NCBI RefSeq assembly: GCF_016433145.1
Contig: NC_058130.1
Location: 134,824,383-134,888,382 of the forward strand
Direction of reading: 5' to 3'
Source: Gracilinanus agilis
Taxonomy: Eukaryota
Length of the DNA stretch: 64,000 nt
Below are positions 61,720-64,000 of this stretch, one piece after another. The notes below the pieces were generated by a model. That model saw nothing but the letters and a program-made list of their open reading frames with translations. It did no database searches and had not been told where the DNA came from. Both the position numbers and the translations under genes were made by a program. Within the stretch, counting starts at the first letter, position 1. Each line of letters opens with the position of its first letter.

Positions 61720-62300
61720 TTTTAAAAGATTTTTCAGTTATTTTATTTTATGCTTTTTTTGGTTTGTTTTTAGAGTTTCCTCTAGTACCTCTCCCTCTCT
61801 CTTCCCAGAGAGCCAGGCCATATAACAAAGAGCAGTTTTTAGGACCAAAAAAAAAAAAAAAAGGGAGGAATCAGTATAAATCTTCATTGAAAAAAGTTTA
61901 AAAACATGTGCAATCTGTAACATTTATGGATTTCCCTCCTTTCCAAAGGGGCAGGTTGGGAGTGTCATATCATATCTCTTCTTTTGAGTCATGATTCTTT
62001 TATAATTTTGTAACATTCACTTTTGATTATTTTGAACCCAGGTCCTCACAACTCCAGGCCTTGTACCTGTCTATTGCCCTACTTATCTCCTCCTTGTTGT
62101 AGTCTTTACCTATATTGTTTTCTTGGTTCTGCTTATTTCAGTATACATCAGTTCATATATATCTTTCTATGCTTCTCTGTATTCATCACACTCATCCTTT
62201 CTTACAGCATAGGAATATTCCATTCCATTCATGTATCAGAATTAGGTTGTTCATTTCCCAATCAATAGAAATTTATTTTGTTTCCAATTCTTTGCTAAAC
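61720..62300 (-). mobile_element. L1 3' UTR fragment
   Basis: Same motif set as 5540-6180. Confidence 0.6.
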
Positions 62301-63030
62301 AAATGCTTTCCTATACATCTTATACAGTGTTGAATACTTTAAGGTCTGGTATTGTATCTTATCACATACCTCCAACATTTGCCATGAAGCTTGAGTCTCT
62401 GAAGATCATACCTTCATTTTTTGACCTTGACCTCTCACCAATCTTCATTGTGTCATCCTTCCCACCCAAAGTCATCCAAGAACAAATGAGGTATGGAGGA
62501 TTTGTCCGACATTACAAGGTTTGCATCCACTTATAAGACCTGTTGTAGCAAGCTGGAAGGATTTTCCCTTTCAAAAATATTAAGACATCATAGGAATAGA
62601 ATGACTTGGCTATCCTAAGGACCAGGTTGGATGGTCCTGTGAGTGAGATACAGAATGTGCCTGAATCTTTCTTACTCACTCTGGACCTATTTGAGGGTAC
62701 CTTGGAAGATTTTTGTATATCTGTCATAGAAGACCTCAGAAAAGACTTGGAAGAACTTATTCAGGCAATTATTTATTATTTATTTTTTTTTAGAAAAATT
62801 TTTTCCATGGTTACATGATTTATGTTCTTACTCTCTCTCCCCCTCCCCCATCCCCCTGTAGCCAATGAGCATTTCCATTGGTTTCTTCATGTGTCATCAA
62901 TCAAGACCTGTTTCCATATTATTGATAATTGCACTGGGGTGGTCATTAAGAGTCTACATCCCAAATCATGTCCACCTATTCAGTCAATTAGCAAGCACTT
63001 AATTAAGCACTAATTAAGAACTTAGTATAT

Positions 63031-63229
63031 GGGGGCATGTAGGTGGCTCAGTGTCAAGAGCCAGGTCTAGAGACAGGAGGTCCTGGGTTCACATGTGAAC
63101 TCATATACTTCCTAGCTGTGTGATCTTGGGCAAGTCACTTAATCTCCATTGCCTAGCTCTTACAGCTCTTCTGCCTTTGAACAAAAACACAGTATTGATT
63201 CTAAAATGGAAAGTAAGAGTTTAAAAAAA
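63031..63229 (+). mobile_element. SINE1_Mdo-like SINE
   Basis: Consensus head, body and A tail. Confidence 0.8.
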
Positions 63230-63549
63230 AGGTACTATGTGTCAGGCACTGGGCTGAGTACAGGAGTTTCAAAGAAAAACAAAAGACAGACCTTATCTGC
63301 AAGGAACTCATAGGGAGGCTACATGCAAATGACCACAGACAAGATTTATATAGGATAAATTGGAGTAAATCAGAAGAAAATGCACTAGCATTAAGTTAGA
63401 TCAGGAAAGGCTTGCTGTGGAAGGCAGGCTTTTAGCTGGGACTTGAAGTAATCCAGGGAAGTCAGGAGAGAAAGATGAGGAGGAAGAGTCTTCCAGGCAT
63501 GGGAGATAGTCAGTGAAAACGCCCAGACTCAGTAGTATAAAAAGGAAAA

Positions 63550-64000
63550 AGGGGGTTTTGGATATATTAATATTTAAAAGTGTGGTCGCCAAGAATTGAA
63601 TAAATATCAATCTAAAATGATTTTAGTAATTTATTTACAATATATGAGAGAGTGGAAGTAGAGAGATGAGAAGAGGGTAGAGTAAGAAATCTAGTTTAAA
63701 GGATTAGACTATGTACTCAATCCCTGGCTTTACTCCTACAGGGCTCCAGAGGTTCCAGCCCGGAGAGCCTAAAAGTCAATTTACAAGGGGTTTTAGCCAC
63801 AAAGGCTTCTCCCAATCAAAGGAGCCTCTGTGAGACTAGTACCTCCAGGGAGGACAAGGTACTCAGCCTTCTTCACTCATCACAAGTCGTTCTAAGGGAA
63901 AGATTTAAGAACAGTCTCACCTCACCAAGTCCAAGGTCTCAGCCAGAGCTCCTTCAGGTTCAGTTCCAGGCTGAAGAGAGCTGAACTCATTGAACTCCAC
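63550..64000 (-). mobile_element. Probable LTR fragment, truncated by the window end
   Basis: TGTGGTCGCCAAGAATT..TTTATTTACAAT..purine tract; resembles reverse-oriented opossum LTRs as recalled. Confidence 0.4.

Noticed and set aside
62330-62760. Coding-looking segment with short ORFs
   Set aside because: Stops in all frames, no motif I can name, flanked by L1 pieces; probably an old LINE remnant.

Overview
Marsupial genomic DNA, probably a didelphid opossum judging by the SINE types (inference). It is syntenic with human 16p13.3. Six intact protein-coding genes reconstruct exon by exon with open, in-phase reading frames: NOXO1 (+), TBL3 (-), RNF151 (-), RPS2 (+), NDUFB10 (-) and RPL3L (+). 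There is also an SNHG9-like snoRNA host transcript with SNORA78 and one SNORA64/SNORA10-family snoRNA. Intergenic and intronic space holds tRNA-derived SINEs, L1, L2, MIR, two hAT MITEs, and the 3' end of a class I ERV (decayed env TM plus LTR). There are two assembly gaps. I found no wholly new biological system. The most interesting signals are lineage-specific features of known genes: (1) an RPS2 intron that I recall is absent in human carries the only SNORA64/10-family snoRNA I could find; (2) NOXO1 has Asp at the regulatory Ser154 position and about 44 extra residues with an acidic Ser cluster where p47phox has its autoinhibitory region; (3) TBL3 has an obligatory GC-AG intron with a competing frameshifting GT; (4) the NOXO1 and TBL3 polyA signals interlock; (5) a back-to-back TATA/TOP promoter drives RPS2 and SNHG9; (6) an EnvV-like env fossil. 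All comparisons with human proteins, snoRNAs, rRNA and repeat families are from memory, not database searches.
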